Assembly (NCBI GenBank): GCA_040954595.2
Contig: CM082595.2
Coordinates: forward strand, 4,924,137-4,988,136
Direction: 5' to 3'
Source of the DNA: Balanoglossus misakiensis
Taxonomy: Eukaryota > Animalia > Hemichordata
Length of the DNA stretch: 64,000 nt
Part shown: one piece after another, positions 39,701 to 53,931 of the stretch
Layout: each line of letters begins with the position of its first letter
Numbering within the stretch: position 1 is the first letter of the stretch
Made by a program: the position numbers and the translations under genes
The notes under the pieces: model-generated
Told to the model about the DNA's origin: nothing
Databases searched by the model: none
The model's input: the letters and a program-made list of their open reading frames with translations, nothing else

Positions 39701-41207
39701 CCATTGGCATTGCGCACATCCTCTACTGTAAGTAACAATTTTTGTCATTTTTTTTCTCGAAACATGTAAATGTACAGTTTTTATATTAAATACTGGAATT
39801 TTCGATTGAACGACAGCAAGGCACGTCAGTTAAGTTCTGGTACCTCGGGAAAAATGAAACTTTCAGTCGAAACCGTGTGCGAGGTAGAAATGAACCCCCC
39901 CCCCCCACCAAAGATCGAGCCCAGCACAGAGGTTACAGAGAAAGATGGCCGAAGTGTTCGCTGAAAAAGCGAAAAGTTACAGCTAATGGAGCTTAAAGGT
40001 GCTGTACCAAGAAAACCATTTTAACAGAATTGGTTATGCATTGCAACTAATAAGTAGACGCCGTGTCCTTGAGGGAAAGCGATCGCAGTCCTTGTTTCTC
40101 AAGCCCCTTTGTCATCCTTGAAGTACCAACTTGTCGTTCGTCACGTCACGACACGTGAACACAACACCTTCAAACTGGCTTTCTGACGCATGGAGATTAA
40201 TTATGCAAATTAAACATTGCCATTGTGCAACATGTTTCCCGCGAACTCGACAGACTATAGTCCCGCGGGGGGGTAACATGGTCAATACACGTGACTTTCC
40301 TGGCACGGTAGAATAGCCTAGAATGGAAATACGGTTGGTCTCACGTGCACGGTGGAACCGTTTCTTGAATAATGGAGCGTACGACTCGAACTTCATTTCA
40401 GTTTTTGTAACATAATGCGCGTTCAACGATTCAAACAATGAAGTTCGTTGGATAATCCCTCATATCTGGTTTTGCTTGTGTACCGCTCTACATATCTGGG
40501 GTTTTTTCCGACTAAGTGAATTAGGCGCATTAGATTCTATCAGGCTGGTATTTTTCATACAAGCTCGCCAAGGTTGATATAAGAAAAACACTAATAACTT
40601 CCAAGAATTTGCAATAAACTTTGTGTAGTGTTACGTAGAGCTACAGAATTCAGCCCAACATGACTTGCAGCAACGTGTCTATGAAAAGCGGTGACTGTGT
40701 CATTGACAATGACTTGCCTATTAGCCAGTGCCCGTGTTACTAGCATCATTAACCCCCCCCCCCCCCCCTCCTTACTTCCTGGCATCGTGTTATAACATCT
40801 ACTGATTAAAACCAGACATGATCCGCAGCAAATCAGAAGTATACGTATATATGTTCAAAAATAAGTCCCATTTGGCGCTATTGCCAACAGCTTGACATCC
40901 GTCTTCAACTGTTTCCGTTCTAATTAATTCCGCTGACAGCCGTGCCTCAATCTGTCTAATTACAAAATGCCTCTTTGCTCACGCATATTGATTGGTTGCC
41001 TGGCAACTATTACGTCATGAATCATCATTACCATGATAACTTTGACCATATGCTTTGCCACGAACTACTTTATGATAATAAGATTTGCGAATAGTCTAAA
41101 TTAGTTTACTTTACACTGTTCTGATTATTTTTGTAAAAATAAAACAACTGCTATTCTAACAACCAATCTGCAAAAATGGCAATGACGTTTCATAGAATTC
41201 AATATAA

Positions 41208-41345
41208 TTGAAAACCTCATACACCCCAAAACGACAACTCCGCTCTTCGTTAGATTCTAGACTTCTCGGCAATCCAAGAGTTTCCACTAAGACTTTTGGT
41301 GAGAGAGCGTTCGCATATATTTCTCCCAAATTATGGAATCATTTT
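41208..41345 (+). mobile_element. Degraded 3' end of LINE ORF2 (L2/CR1 group)
   Basis: Translation YTPKRQLRSS...LLGNPRVSTKTFGERAFAYISPKLWN matches the typical L2-type ORF2 C-terminal pattern YxPxRxLRS...GxRAF...PxLWN. Confidence 0.7.
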
Positions 41346-43269
41346 TATTTCGACCTTCGTCACTCTACACAGTCGCATCTACTTGCTTCAGTTTGGTCCA
41401 TGGTTGCATGACCGGGCGTCTACACCAGTACATCCTAAACGACAACCCCGCTCTTCGTCAGACCATACTCAGATTGTAGACTTCTCATACTTCCAATGAA
41501 ACGATGAACTATAATTTTTAAAAGAGTACAGCTAAATTCTCGTTCTGCTCACTGCGTTACCGACTTGACATACATCAGTCTGTTGAAAACCGTGTAGGTG
41601 CGAAAAAAATATCTCGCACCTATTTTCTCACTTTTCCAGTGCGATTTGCATGGGTTTTCGCGTTTTCTAGTGTTTCCAGAAGCGAGAGCCAGGAAACAAT
41701 ATGTCGAATCTCTTGCAAGTGCAAGGTCTCGATGGCACATGAGAACACACCCCCCCCCTCAATATCTCAGTCCTTGTAGTTCATGTGACGAATAGATATC
41801 ATCAAACACGTCACTATAATCACTTATTTGTAGAAGGATCAATTGTTTTCTATTAATATATATATTGTGACAAAAAAAACTGATTTTGCGCCGGATTTCG
41901 CATATCAGCAACATAGGGAATAAGTGGCGTAGTCACAATGAAAACATCTTCTCCTTTTCATCATCAAAACAGACCTTTTCCGTCAACATTCTGCCGTCTG
42001 CTGTATATGGCACTTATCATGCATTTGGAGTGGCGTTCAAACGCTCTGCTCTCAATGACAAGAAATCTCTGAACGGTTTCGCTCTAAAATAACACGCTTG
42101 AATGCAGTTGACGTAAAACGCTTCATACATTTACTCCGCGTCACAATCGACACTTAAACCTTCTCAAAGAGCAGAACACCCTTGAAAGATTCTACACATC
42201 TGGATCTGCAGCAGGTATACCAGAGACATTGATATATTTTATGCTTAAAGCTCCATTACCTGTAACTTTTGCCGTCGCAGCGATTTCAGTATGTTTCTTT
42301 TGTTTATCTACTGCAGCTTCCTGTTCAAATCCCCGAAACATGATGAAAAGCCCAGCATTTAACCTTTCAACACAACCTACATGTGCATACTAGTATTCAG
42401 TATTGTCTTTATGCAAAATTTGAATTCAAGTCCGGACTAGAATTCATTTGTCAACAATAACAATGGTCGTTACATACATACAGGCTATATTGACAAGTGG
42501 AGAACTGGGTATCACATGTGATAGAGGGACTGCGGTTTGTCTAAGCTGCTGGTTTTTTTTTTCCATTTAATTGTTCGTTAATCCGAACTGAGCTGTACGT
42601 ATGCATGAAACAGGTTTATTGCAAAATTCAAACAAGAAAACAGGTTCTAACTGAGACAAACGAGGCCTTGGGTTGTTTGATCGACGTCACACACACAAAC
42701 AAATCATTCTTGGAAATAGTAGTAGTCAGATTGTCTGCTTCGTATATCGGATTGATTCGAATCCAAGCCTGCAGGTAAATGCGTGTTGCCAATCTGAAAC
42801 CTTAGGCTTCGCTTCGTCTAAACTCTTAGCCGTGCCAGTGTTAGATATTGGAAGTGAAATAGCGTACAAAGGAGATAATAATCCACTTCACATATTCTTT
42901 TTGGAAACTGAATACCTTTAGCCCGAAAGGTGTTGCAGTGCCCCATAGATCAATAATGTATATAAGTGTCCCTTGGGTCAATATGGTTTTTTTTTAACAG
43001 TCACATGCCTGTCAGGATCTGGGACAGATTCTTGTCGCGGCAAATCTATGCATCTCTCTAATATATTCAACACCCCTCGGGTCGATACGAATCTATAATT
43101 GAAATCACTGAAGCAAACGTTGTCTGGAAAATCGTTACATTTTAATGCTTTTCACGTGCTAGCAGGTCATGTTTACTCTACAAAGGTCATGCAACTGATA
43201 AAACTGGGAGATTGTCACCCTGCGAGACGCACGAATGATCTGGGAAAAGATCGTTGCAAGCATTGTGCA

Positions 43270-43555
43270 ATTCATTCATTCATGTATTCATTCATTCACT
43301 CACGCACCCACCCACCCACCTACTCACTCACTCACTAACTCACTCGCTCATTCATCCATCCATCCATCCCATTCATTCATTCATTCATTCATTCATTCAT
43401 TCATTCATTCATTCATTCATTCATTCATTCATTCATTCATCCATCCATCCATCCATCCATCCATCCATCCATTCATTCATTCATTCATTCATTCATTCAT
43501 TCATTCATTCATTCATTCATTCATTCATTCATTCATTCATTCATTCATCCATCCA
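43270..43555. repeat. Compound (ATTC)n/(ATCC)n/(ACTC)n microsatellite
   Basis: Tandem tetranucleotide blocks; they explain the spurious HSFI-repeat ORFs. Confidence 0.95.
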
Positions 43556-45040
43556 CAAAGCCAATATTCTTATTTTTCATTGTTAATATAGATTGCAAAT
43601 CTGTAGTTTTCGGATATACTTGGTTTTTTTTCTATAAGCGCGCACTCGCTTTCAGATCAGAGTGATTTTGTAGGGTGCACCACTAAGGAAAGTGGAACTA
43701 ACGTCATGAGTTGTAAGCAGAACTGCATGAGTGCTGGGATCAAGTCAGCCGCAAAAAAAATATCATTTTATGAACGAGGAAAGAAGTCTACATTATCACT
43801 TGATAAGACATAAGCGAAGTCAACAGATATTTGACACCTGTGGCTTCTAAGCCACCAACATATCCCAGTGTGTGAGAATGACACGCTTGTTTGAAGTATA
43901 TGACCTCGGGGGTTAGTAAGCATGATACGTCTTGTAAGACACTGACACCCCCCTCCCCCTCAAGATTATTGAACAGATCAACGTCGCGAACATGAAACGT
44001 CAAATCACCCGGGGGCTACCAGCCTAAAACTCTGCCATCGTTACTTCTGACCTAAAAACCGTATTGCGGATTTTATCGACCCATATCTTCGGCTTGTCGT
44101 CTCCTGAACTCCCGAACCTGACTAACTACAGTGCCTTATCGACCTATCTCTTTAACAAATCGCGTCCAGTTTCTGAATTTCACAGCAAAGTTTAGGATCT
44201 TATCGACCTTTTTGGCAAATAACGTCCAATTTCAGAGTGTCCCAACCTCTTGGCAAATTTAGGATCTCATCAAACCCATCTTCCGACACTTTGAATCCAA
44301 CTTGTTAATTTTTTGTTTTTTAATCCCAAAACCTAAATAAAGATCTTTTAATATCAACCTATTTTAGAGTCCTTGCAACGGGGCTTCCAAGAATATTGAC
44401 CTAGCCTATTTGTCTTTCAAAAGACTGTCTGGTTTGATCCGACAAAATCTGACTGCTTTCCATTGTGGATGCATTGCAGACTTCAATATTAAACCGTGAT
44501 TTGAGACCGTTGACAGCATGTAGGGTCGCCAGCATTTCCCCGCTTCTTACAGGATGAATAGACAAATGTACCTGCGTCAGAAATGACACTTGCGGATACT
44601 TGGAGACGTCAAAAGGTAGGTCGACTCTCCCCGGACGATGATTCGAAGAATTCACGTCGTAGATCGTGACAGTAATAATAATAATCCTTCAAAAAAAAAC
44701 AAAGCTTGTTGAGGAATACAATAGAAACGCGGATCTGTCGTCATTGATATCCAAGACTACGGATTTCGGATGATTTTTTTTTTTGCAAATTGAGTCTTGC
44801 TTCACTCCCGAGCAGAGTGTTCATAGTAAATTTATGAGAGATCGATTTACAATATAATCGGAAACAGAAATGGGTTTGGAGTCTCGTTCTAGTTTTAGGC
44901 AATGTCTCTAATCCACAATATTCGAGGAAGAAAGCAATGCATCCGGCTCGGAAACCGGTCACATGTATACGACCACAGTCTCAGGTGTGGTTTCAGTGTG
45001 TGCAATCTCACGAGACCGTGGGGCCCGTCCTTGCCGTTAA

Positions 45041-45385
45041 AGGGACAAAGTCTCTCTCCAGCTGCCCCTTTTCCATTAATTGTTTGATACAAGACACTGG
45101 TTATGTTAATGTAAATGTGGATATATAGTGAATCAATGATCAACCACACAAAACTCCCATCCCACTTGTATGATATGAGAGTAAAAACTCGCCCAAAATG
45201 AATAAATGGTAAAGAACGATTATTCATTTTGGCGAGTTTTTTCACTCTCCTGTCTATAAGAGGGATGGAAGTTGTGTGTGATTGAACGTTCATTCACTAT
45301 ATATCCACATGTAGAATAACAAATGATGTCTTGTATCAAATATAATTAATGGAAAAAAGGGCAGCGAGAGAGAGACTTTGTCCCT
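45041..45385. mobile_element. Kolobok-like MITE; truncated second copy at about 62921-63046
   Basis: ttaa-AGGGACAAAGTCTCTCTC...GAGAGAGACTTTGTCCCT-ttaa with long internal inverted arms. Confidence 0.85.
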
Positions 45386-46661
45386 TTAATAGGCGTAATT
45401 TTATCAGTTCTAGTCACAGTCGCGTTGGGGGTTGTACGTTGACACGCGGCGATCTCCCCTATCACTAAGTCATTATCAGGCCAATCGCCGGCCGTGTAAC
45501 AACGCGCAACCCCCACGCGACTGTGGTTCGTGTTACTAGTCCCCTCCCCTCCCCTGTCCATTCCCACCGCTGGCTGCGCTACGCCGACAACGTTTAGTCA
45601 GTTACGTTCAAGAAACGTCAAAGTATATTAAAGTTTCATAAACTTTAATTTTTCAGTAGATGGGTTGAAAGTAAAATCATGAAAATAATGCACGATGCGT
45701 TTATTTGGGGTTTAATTTATATCCAATGTGGATGTCACCAACTACACACAATACAAATATTGCCAAAATAACACGCCCCTGCTCGTATAGCTCCATCAAA
45801 TGATATGGCAAAACTGCCAAGGGAAAAAAATGATTAATTGAAACAGTGACTGTATACACGATCACATGCAATGTTCAGTACGGTATTATTACTGAGTATT
45901 GTGTCTGGGACATTAAAGGTATACGGTCGACGTCATCTGTGCGTATTTAACCACTTGTAGTATGTTACCATAGAAAATTGAAATACATGTACATGTATAG
46001 CCCAATCGCAGATTGTCAGTGGGCGGAACACATAGTCATATGCAAATTAGAGGTGACTTTAATTGACTGAAAGGAATGACTTAATCAAGTGTACGCAGGC
46101 AGGCACCCAAAATATTTGGTCAATTGTGAATACTGTTACAGTACTATACTGAATCGAAAGTTTTGTGATGAGCGCTGGATTTGGTGGACACTGACTTCGA
46201 AAGATTTATTAAATCCACCGTGAGGTGGCGTATTTCAAGATATTTGCATGTACATGTACCAGTGAACTGATTTAACCGGAAACGCGTCTAACCGCTCACT
46301 TTCCAACTGAATTTCCGACTATCCCCGTTCGTCTTGTGGTCGAAATGCGTCTGAGTAGGATTTGTGAGGAATTACTGCATTGGTTTCACCATGGTTTAAC
46401 GCAAATGTCGTAACGAAGCCGTCGAATCGGAAAACCAATATGGCGGCGCCCATGGCATGAAAGCAACACGACGTGCACATTTCCAAGGTATAGTATACTA
46501 TAGCGATGACTTTCCATTCCTGTATACAAATCGTATATAGTTTAATATGAGTGAAAGCGCAGCAAGAGTAACTTATAGAAGTTAAACCATTATTTATTAC
46601 CATGTATATTCACATTGCTGTTAATGATGATAACGTGAATGTAGCTGCAATTGTAGCTCTT

Positions 46662-46960
46662 GTTTTTAGGTCCCATTGGTATTAAACCATGGGATCTAAT
46701 GGGATCGGTTGCGTCTGTATGTATGGATGGATGGAAGTATGTCTGTATGTCCGTCCACATCAAAAACTTGAAAACCGCTGCGTGTAACACCTTGATATTT
46801 GGTGTGCAGATGCAGGCTGGGCTGTAGATGGGAGTTTGTTCAAATGAAGGTGTCATCGCCAAAAATATGCAAATTAGCTGGAAAAATGTGAATTTGGTCA
46901 AAACTCAGTAACTCAAGAAGTACTGGTCAGATTGCTTTGCAAAGTGGTGTGTATTTACTT
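46662..46960 (+). mobile_element. Helentron-associated (HINE/DINE-like) element fragment
   Basis: Begins tttttaggtcccattgg...atgggatctaatgggatc, followed by a tetranucleotide microsatellite (tgta/tgga/ccgt). This layout is typical of HINE 5' ends. Confidence 0.45.
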
Positions 46961-48169
46961 TATTGAGTTGTTTTAATTAGGCAGGAAGTTCCTGGTGTGA
47001 TTGATTTACACAGCAAATTCCTGAATGATTACATAACTGGCTAAGTTTGAAAGAGGCCAGCTGTTCCATTTAGTGTATGTACAGTACTTATGCCATTGGC
47101 AGCTTATGGGTCAGTCAGTGCTTGCCCATTGATCTCTCGCTATGTGTGTGTCTGTCTGTCTGTCTGTCTGTATATGGTCATGTACTCCGGTGTAGACTTT
47201 TTCTTGTGTAATAACTCAATGGGACCGCCGTGTCCTTGACGCAATTTTTTTCTGTTGGGTTTGCCGAGATATCGTCAAAATGTCAAAAGAAGGCGGAAAA
47301 CGCTACAGTTACTGCAGTTAACGTGAATGAGCCCACACGCATACATGGCATATGCTTCGTCAACCTGCTTTTGGTCAACTGTAGGCTTTGCAATATGCCA
47401 AAGACGTTCCGTATCTATGATGTCCTCTAAAAAATTTGATTAGGATGAGCGGATAATCTATCTTTTTAACTGGTTTCATTCTCACAAAGTCACTGTAGTC
47501 TGGTGAAGATGTGGTTAAGAACAAATGTTGTCGTTGGTGGCACTAGTCACGCGAAGTTTCCCCTGGTCTCGCCTGATTTGGTGTGATCCAAAATGGCACT
47601 TTGCATTTGGCTGCTCGAAAATGGTCCAGAAACGCCACTAAACTTCACTTTCCAACTAAATTATCCACTGTCTTCGATGCTCTTGTGGTTGAAGTGCATT
47701 TCTGACGGATTTGACGAGAATGAGCTACAACCTTCCGAGGTACTACACATAAGCCCAATTCATTTGTTCGTTCATTCGTTTGTTCCTTCATTCATTCATT
47801 CAATTATTTAACTCAATTTACTATCCCTACTCTTATCTAGTTAAATCAGCAGATTTACTCAGGAAAAGAAGAACAGTTCATCAAAAGAAGTCAGCAAATG
47901 ACGTGAGGACAAACAGAGCAGAACAGTTGAAAAAATAATGAAAAATTACCAGAAGATTTTCTGTGAGTCTTCCTGCAAAATTGATGGTGAGTACATGTAT
48001 GATGTATAATGTTTCTTAGCTTTCATCTCCAAACAGTAGGGTCATTCCGTTTTCAAAGTTTCTACACCTTTCAAAATTTTAACAAAGAACTGTTTGGGAT
48101 AAGTACTGTAAAATAGAGTTTCAATGGAACAGTAACTAGAACTTAGTGCAGTTTGGTTTGGTTTGCCGG

Positions 48170-51100
48170 TCTCGACTTTTGTCGTTTTGTGACACTTTTC
48201 ATGGGTTATAGCTCATGAAAATTGTCAAAAGATGACAAAATCTCGACTTTGCCAACTTTGGTGATATTGTCGTTTTGTGACAATTTTCATGGGTTATAGC
48301 TCATGAAAGTTGTCAAAAGATGACCAAATCTCGACTTCGCCAACTTAGGTGATATTGTCGTTTTGTGACACTTTTCATGGGTTATAGCTCATGAAAATTG
48401 TCAAAAGATGACAAAATCTCGACTTTGCCAACTTTGGTGATTTTGTCGTTTTGTGACACTTTTCATGGGTTACAGCTCATGAAAATTGTCAAGAGATGAC
48501 AAATTCTCGACTTTGCAAACTTTGGTGATGTTGTCATTCTGGGACACTTTTCATGGGCTATAGCTCATGAAAATTGTCAATAGATGACAAAATCTCGACT
48601 TTGCAAACTTTGGTGATTTTGTCGTTTTGTGACACTTTTCATGGGTTACAGCTCATGAAAATTGTCAAAAGATGACAAAATCTCGACTTTGCCAACTTTG
48701 GTGATTTTGTCGTTTTGTGACACTTTTCATGGGTTATAGCTCATGAAAATTGTCAAAAGATGTCCAAATCTCGACTTTGCCAACTTTGGTGATTTTGTCG
48801 TTTTGTGACACTTTTCATGGGTTATAGCTCATGAAAATTGTCAAGAGATGACAAATTCTCGACTTTGCAAACTTTGGTGATGTTGTCATTCTGGGACACT
48901 TTTCATGGGTTATAGCTCATGAAAATTGTCAAAAGATGACAAAATCTCGACTTTGCCAACTTTGGTGATTTTGTCGTTTTGTGACACTTTTCATGGGTTA
49001 CAGCTCATGAAAATTGTCAAGAGATGACAAATTCTCGACTTTGCAAACTTTGGTGATGTTGTCATTCTGGGACACTTTTCATGGGTTATAGCTCATGAAA
49101 ATTGTCAAAAGATGACAAAATCTCGACTTTGCCAACTTTGGTGATTTTGTCGTTTTGTGACACTTTTCATGGGTTACAGCTCATGAAAATTGTCAAAAGA
49201 TGACAAAATCTCGACTTTGCCAACTTTGGTGATTTTGTCGTTTTGTGACACTTTTCATGGGTTATAGCTCATGAAAATTGTCAAAATATGTCCAAATCTC
49301 GACTTTGCCAACTTTGGTGATTTTGTCGTTTTGTGACACTTTTCATGGGTTATAGCTCATGAAAATTGTCAAAAAATGTCCAAATCTCGACTTTGCCAAC
49401 TTTGGTGATTTTGTCGTTTGGTGACACTTTTCATGGGTTACAGCTCATGAAAATTGTCAAGAGATGACAAATTCTCGACTTTGCAAACTTTGGTGATGTT
49501 GTCATTCTGGGACACTTTTCATGGGTTATAGCTCATGAAAATTGTCAAAAGATGACAAAATCTCGACTTTGCCAACTTTGGTGATTTTGTCGTTTTGTGA
49601 CACTTTTCATGGGTTACAGCTCATGAAAATTGTCAAAAGATGACAAAATCTCGACTTTGCCAACTTTGGTGATTTTGTCGTTTTGTGACACTTTTCATGG
49701 GTTATAGCTCATGAAAATTGTCAAAATATGTCCAAATCTCGACTTTGCCAACTTTGGTGATTTTGTCGTTTTGTGACACTTTTCATGGGTTATAGCTCAT
49801 GAAAATTGTCAAAAAATGTCCAAATCTCGACTTTGCCAACTTTGGTGATTTTGTCGTTTGGTGACACTTTTCATGGGTTGCAGCTCATGAAAATTGTCAA
49901 AAAATGTCCAAATCTCGACTTTGCCAACTTTGGTGATATTGTCGTTTTGTGACACTTTTCATTGGTTATAGCTCATGAAATTTGTCAAAAGATGTCCAAA
50001 TCATGACTTTGCCAACTTTGGTGATTTTGTCGTTTGGTGACATTTTTCATGGGTTATAGCTCATGAAAATTGTCAAAAAATGTCCTAATCTTGACTTTGC
50101 CAACTTTGGTGATTTTGTCGTTTGGTGACACTTTTCATGGGTTATAGCTCATGAAAATTGTCAAAAAATGTCCAAATCTCGACTTTGCCAACTTTGGTGA
50201 TATTGTCGATTGGTGACACTTTTCATGGGTTATAGCTCATGAAAATTGTCAAAAAATGTCCAAATCTCGACTTTGCCAACTTTGGTGATTTTGTCGTTTG
50301 GTGACACTTTTCATGGGTTATAACTCATGAAAATTGTCAAAAAATGTCCAAATCTCGACTTTGCCAACTTTGGTGATATTGTCGATTGGTGACACTTTTC
50401 ATGGGTTATAACTCATGAAAATTGTCAAAAAATGTCCAAATCTCGACTTTGCCAACTTTGGTGATTTTGTCGTTTGGTGACACTTTTCATGGGTTATAAC
50501 TCATGAAAATTGTCAAAATATGTCCAAATCTCGACTTTGCCAACTTTGGTGATTTTGTCGTTTGGTGACACTTTTCATGGGTTATAACTCATGAAAATTG
50601 TCAAAAAATGTCCAAATCTCGACTTTGCCAACTTTGGTGATTTTGTCGTTTTGTGACACTTTTCATGGGTTATAGCTCATGAAAATTGTCAAAATATGTC
50701 CAAATCTCGACTTTGCCAACTTTGGTGATTTTGTCGTTTGGTGACACTTTTCATGGGTTATAGCTCATGAAAATTGTCAAAAAATGTCCAAATCTCGACT
50801 TTGCCAACTTTGGTGATTTTGTCGTTTTGTGACACTTTTCATGGATTACAGCTCATGAAAATTGTCAAAAAATGTCCAAATCATGACTTTGCCAACTTTG
50901 GTGATTTTGTCGTTTGGTGACACTTTTCATGGGTTATAGCTCATGAAAATTGTCAAAAAATGTCCTAATCTTGACTTTGCCAACTTTGGTGATTTTGTCG
51001 ATTGGTGACACTTTTCATGGGCTATAACTCATGAAAATTGTCAAAAAATGTCCTAATCACGACTTTGCCAACTTTGGTGATTTTGTCGTTTTGTGACATT

Positions 51101-53447
51101 TTTCATGGGCTATAGCTCATGAAAGTTGTCAAAAGATGACAAAATCTCGACTTTGCCAACTTTGGTGATTTTGTCGTTTTGTGACACTTTTCATGGGCTA
51201 TAGCTCATGAAAATTGTCAAAATATGTCCAAATCTCGACTTCGGTGACTTTGTCATTTTGTGACACTTTTCATAGCTCATGGAAATTGTCAAGAGATGAC
51301 AACGTCTCGACTTTGCAAACTTTGGTGATTTTGTCGTTTTGTGACACTTTTCATGGGTCATAGCTCATGAAAATTGTCAAAAAATGTCCAAATCTCGACT
51401 TTGCCAACTTTGGTGATTTTGTCGTTTGGTGACACTTTTCATGGGTTACAGCTCATGAAAATTGTCAAGAAATGACAAATTCTCGACTTTGCAAACTTTG
51501 GTGATGTTGTCATTCTGGGACACTTTTCATGGGCTATAGCTCATGAAAATTGTCAAAAGATGACAAAATCTCGACTTTGCCAACTTTGGTGATTTTGTCG
51601 TTTTGTGACACTTTTCATGGGTTACAGCTCATGAAAATTGTCAAAAGATGACAAAATCTCGACTTTGCCAACTTTGGTGATTTTGTCGTTTTGTGACACT
51701 TTTCATGGGTTATAGCTCATGAAAATTGTCAAAAGATGTCCAAATCTCGACTTTGCCTACTTTGGTGATTTTGTCGTTTGGTGACACTTTTCATGGGTTA
51801 CAGCTCATGAAAATTGTCAAAAAATGTCCAAATCTCGACTTCGCCAACTTTGGTGATTCTGTCGTTTGGTGACACTTTTCATGGGTTATAGCTCATGAAA
51901 ATTGTCAAAAAATGTCCTAATCTCGACTTTGCCAGCTTTGGTGATGTTGTCATTCTGGGACACTTTTCATGGGTTATAGCTAATGAAAATTGTCAAAAAT
52001 GTCCTAATCTCGACTTTGCCAACTTTGGTGATTTTGTCATTCTGGGACACTTTTCATGGGCTATAGCTCATGAAAAATGTCAAAAGATGACAAAATCTCG
52101 ACTTTGCCAACTTTGGTGATTTTTTTGTTTTGTGGCACTTTTCATGGGTTATAGCTCATGAAGATTGTCAAAAGATGTCCAAATCTTGACTTTGCCTACT
52201 TTGGTGATTTTGTCGTTTGGTGACACTTTTCATGGGTTACAGCTCATGAAAATTGTCAAAAAATGTCCAAATCTCGACTTTGTCAACTTTGGTGATTTTG
52301 TCGTTTTGTGACACTTTTCATGGGTTATAGCTCATGAAAATTGTCAAAAGATGACACAATCTCCAAATTGCCAACTTTGATGATTTTGTCGTTTTGTGAC
52401 ACTTTTCATGGGTTATAGCTCATGAAAATTGTCAAAAGATGACACAATCTCCACTTTGCCAACTTTGGTGATTTTGTCGTTTTGTGACACTTTTCATGGG
52501 TTATAGCTCATGAAAATTGTCAAAAGATGACCAAATCTCGACGTTGCAAACTTTGATGATTTTGTCATTTTGGGACATTTTTCATGGGTTATAGCTCATG
52601 AAAATTTTCAAAACTGGCAAATTCTTGACTTTGCCAACTTTGGTGACTTTGTCATTTTGGGACATTTTTCATGGGTGAAAATCGTCAAAACTGGCAAATT
52701 TTGACTTTGCCAACTTTGGTGATTTTTCATGGGTTATAGCTCATGAAAATCGTCAAAAATGGCAAATTCTTGTCTTTGCCAACTATGGTAATTTTGTCAT
52801 TTTGGGACTTTTTTCATGGGTTATAGCTCATGCAAATCGTCACAAATGGCAAATTCTTGACTTTGCCAACTTGGTAATTTTGTCATTTTGGGACATTTTT
52901 CATGGGTTATAGCTCATGAAAATCGTCACAAATGGCAAATTCTTGACTTTGCCAACTATGGTAATTTTGTCATTTCGGGTCATTTTTCATGTGTTATAGC
53001 TCATGAAAATCGTCACAAATGGCAAATTCTTGACTTTGCCAACTTGGTAATTTTGTCATTTTGGGACATTTTTCATGGGTTATAGCTCATGAAAATCGTC
53101 ACAAATGGCAAATTCTTGACTTTGCCAACTTTGGTAATTTTGTCATTTTGGGACATTTTTCATGGGTTATAGATCATGAAAATCGTCAAAACTGGTAAAT
53201 TGTTGACTTTGCCAACTTTGGTGATTTTGTCATTTTGGGACATTTTTCGTGGGTTATAGCTGATGAAAATCATCAAAAATGGCATATTCTTGACTATGCA
53301 AACTCTGGTGATTTTGACATTTTTCATGAGTTATAGCTCATGAAATTCGTCAAAAATGGCAAATTCTTGTCTTTGCCAACTTTGGTGATTTTGTATTTTT
53401 CAGACGTTTTTCATGGGTTATAGCTCATGAAAATTGTCAAATTCTTG
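48170..53447. repeat. Satellite array, 88-bp monomer, about 60 copies, internally palindromic
   Basis: Consensus TCTCGACTTTGCCAACTTTGGTGATTTTGTCGTTTTGTGACACTTTTCATGGGTTATAGCTCATGAAAATTGTCAAAAGATGACAAAA. Period checked at 48241 and 48329. A diverged subfamily starts near 52560. Confidence 0.97.
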
Positions 53448-53931
53448 ACAGTCTTTTTGTGTAATTAACATCGCTGTTAAACTTACCCTGATTTGTTCTT
53501 TGCATTGCAGTGAGTTTAAGTCAAGGTGAAATCTTCTCAATGCTTAGACGATGATTTGAAGAATCCAAGAGTACTGCTTCAGGTAAGACCGAATCAATCT
53601 CAATTTGACACACACACACACACACTTCCTTTATCTCACTATCATTAACAGAACTGGTATCGGCTTGACTTTGCAAACTTTGGTGGTGACTTTGTCATTT
53701 TCAGACGTTTTTCATGGGTTATAAGCTCATGAAAATTGTCAAATTCTTGACTGTTATCAGTCTTTTTGTGTAATTAATATTGTTGTTAAACTTACCCTGA
53801 TTTTGTTCTTTGCATTGCAGTGAGTTGCATTAAAGTCAAGGTGAAATCAATTCAATTCTCAGATGATGGTTTGAAAAATCCAAGAGTACTGCTTAAGGTA
53901 AGACCAAATCAATCTCAATTTGACACTTTTT

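Noticed and set aside
43235-43591. HSFI-repeat ORFs
   Set aside because: They are translations of a tetranucleotide microsatellite.
36000-46600. Many short ORFs in the intergenic region
   Set aside because: No recognisable domains or consistent exon chains, apart from the LINE fragment.
48170-53447. CRISPR-like array (palindromic repeat plus spacer)
   Set aside because: The 24-bp linkers are near-identical rather than unique, there are no cas genes, and the context is eukaryotic. It is a satellite.
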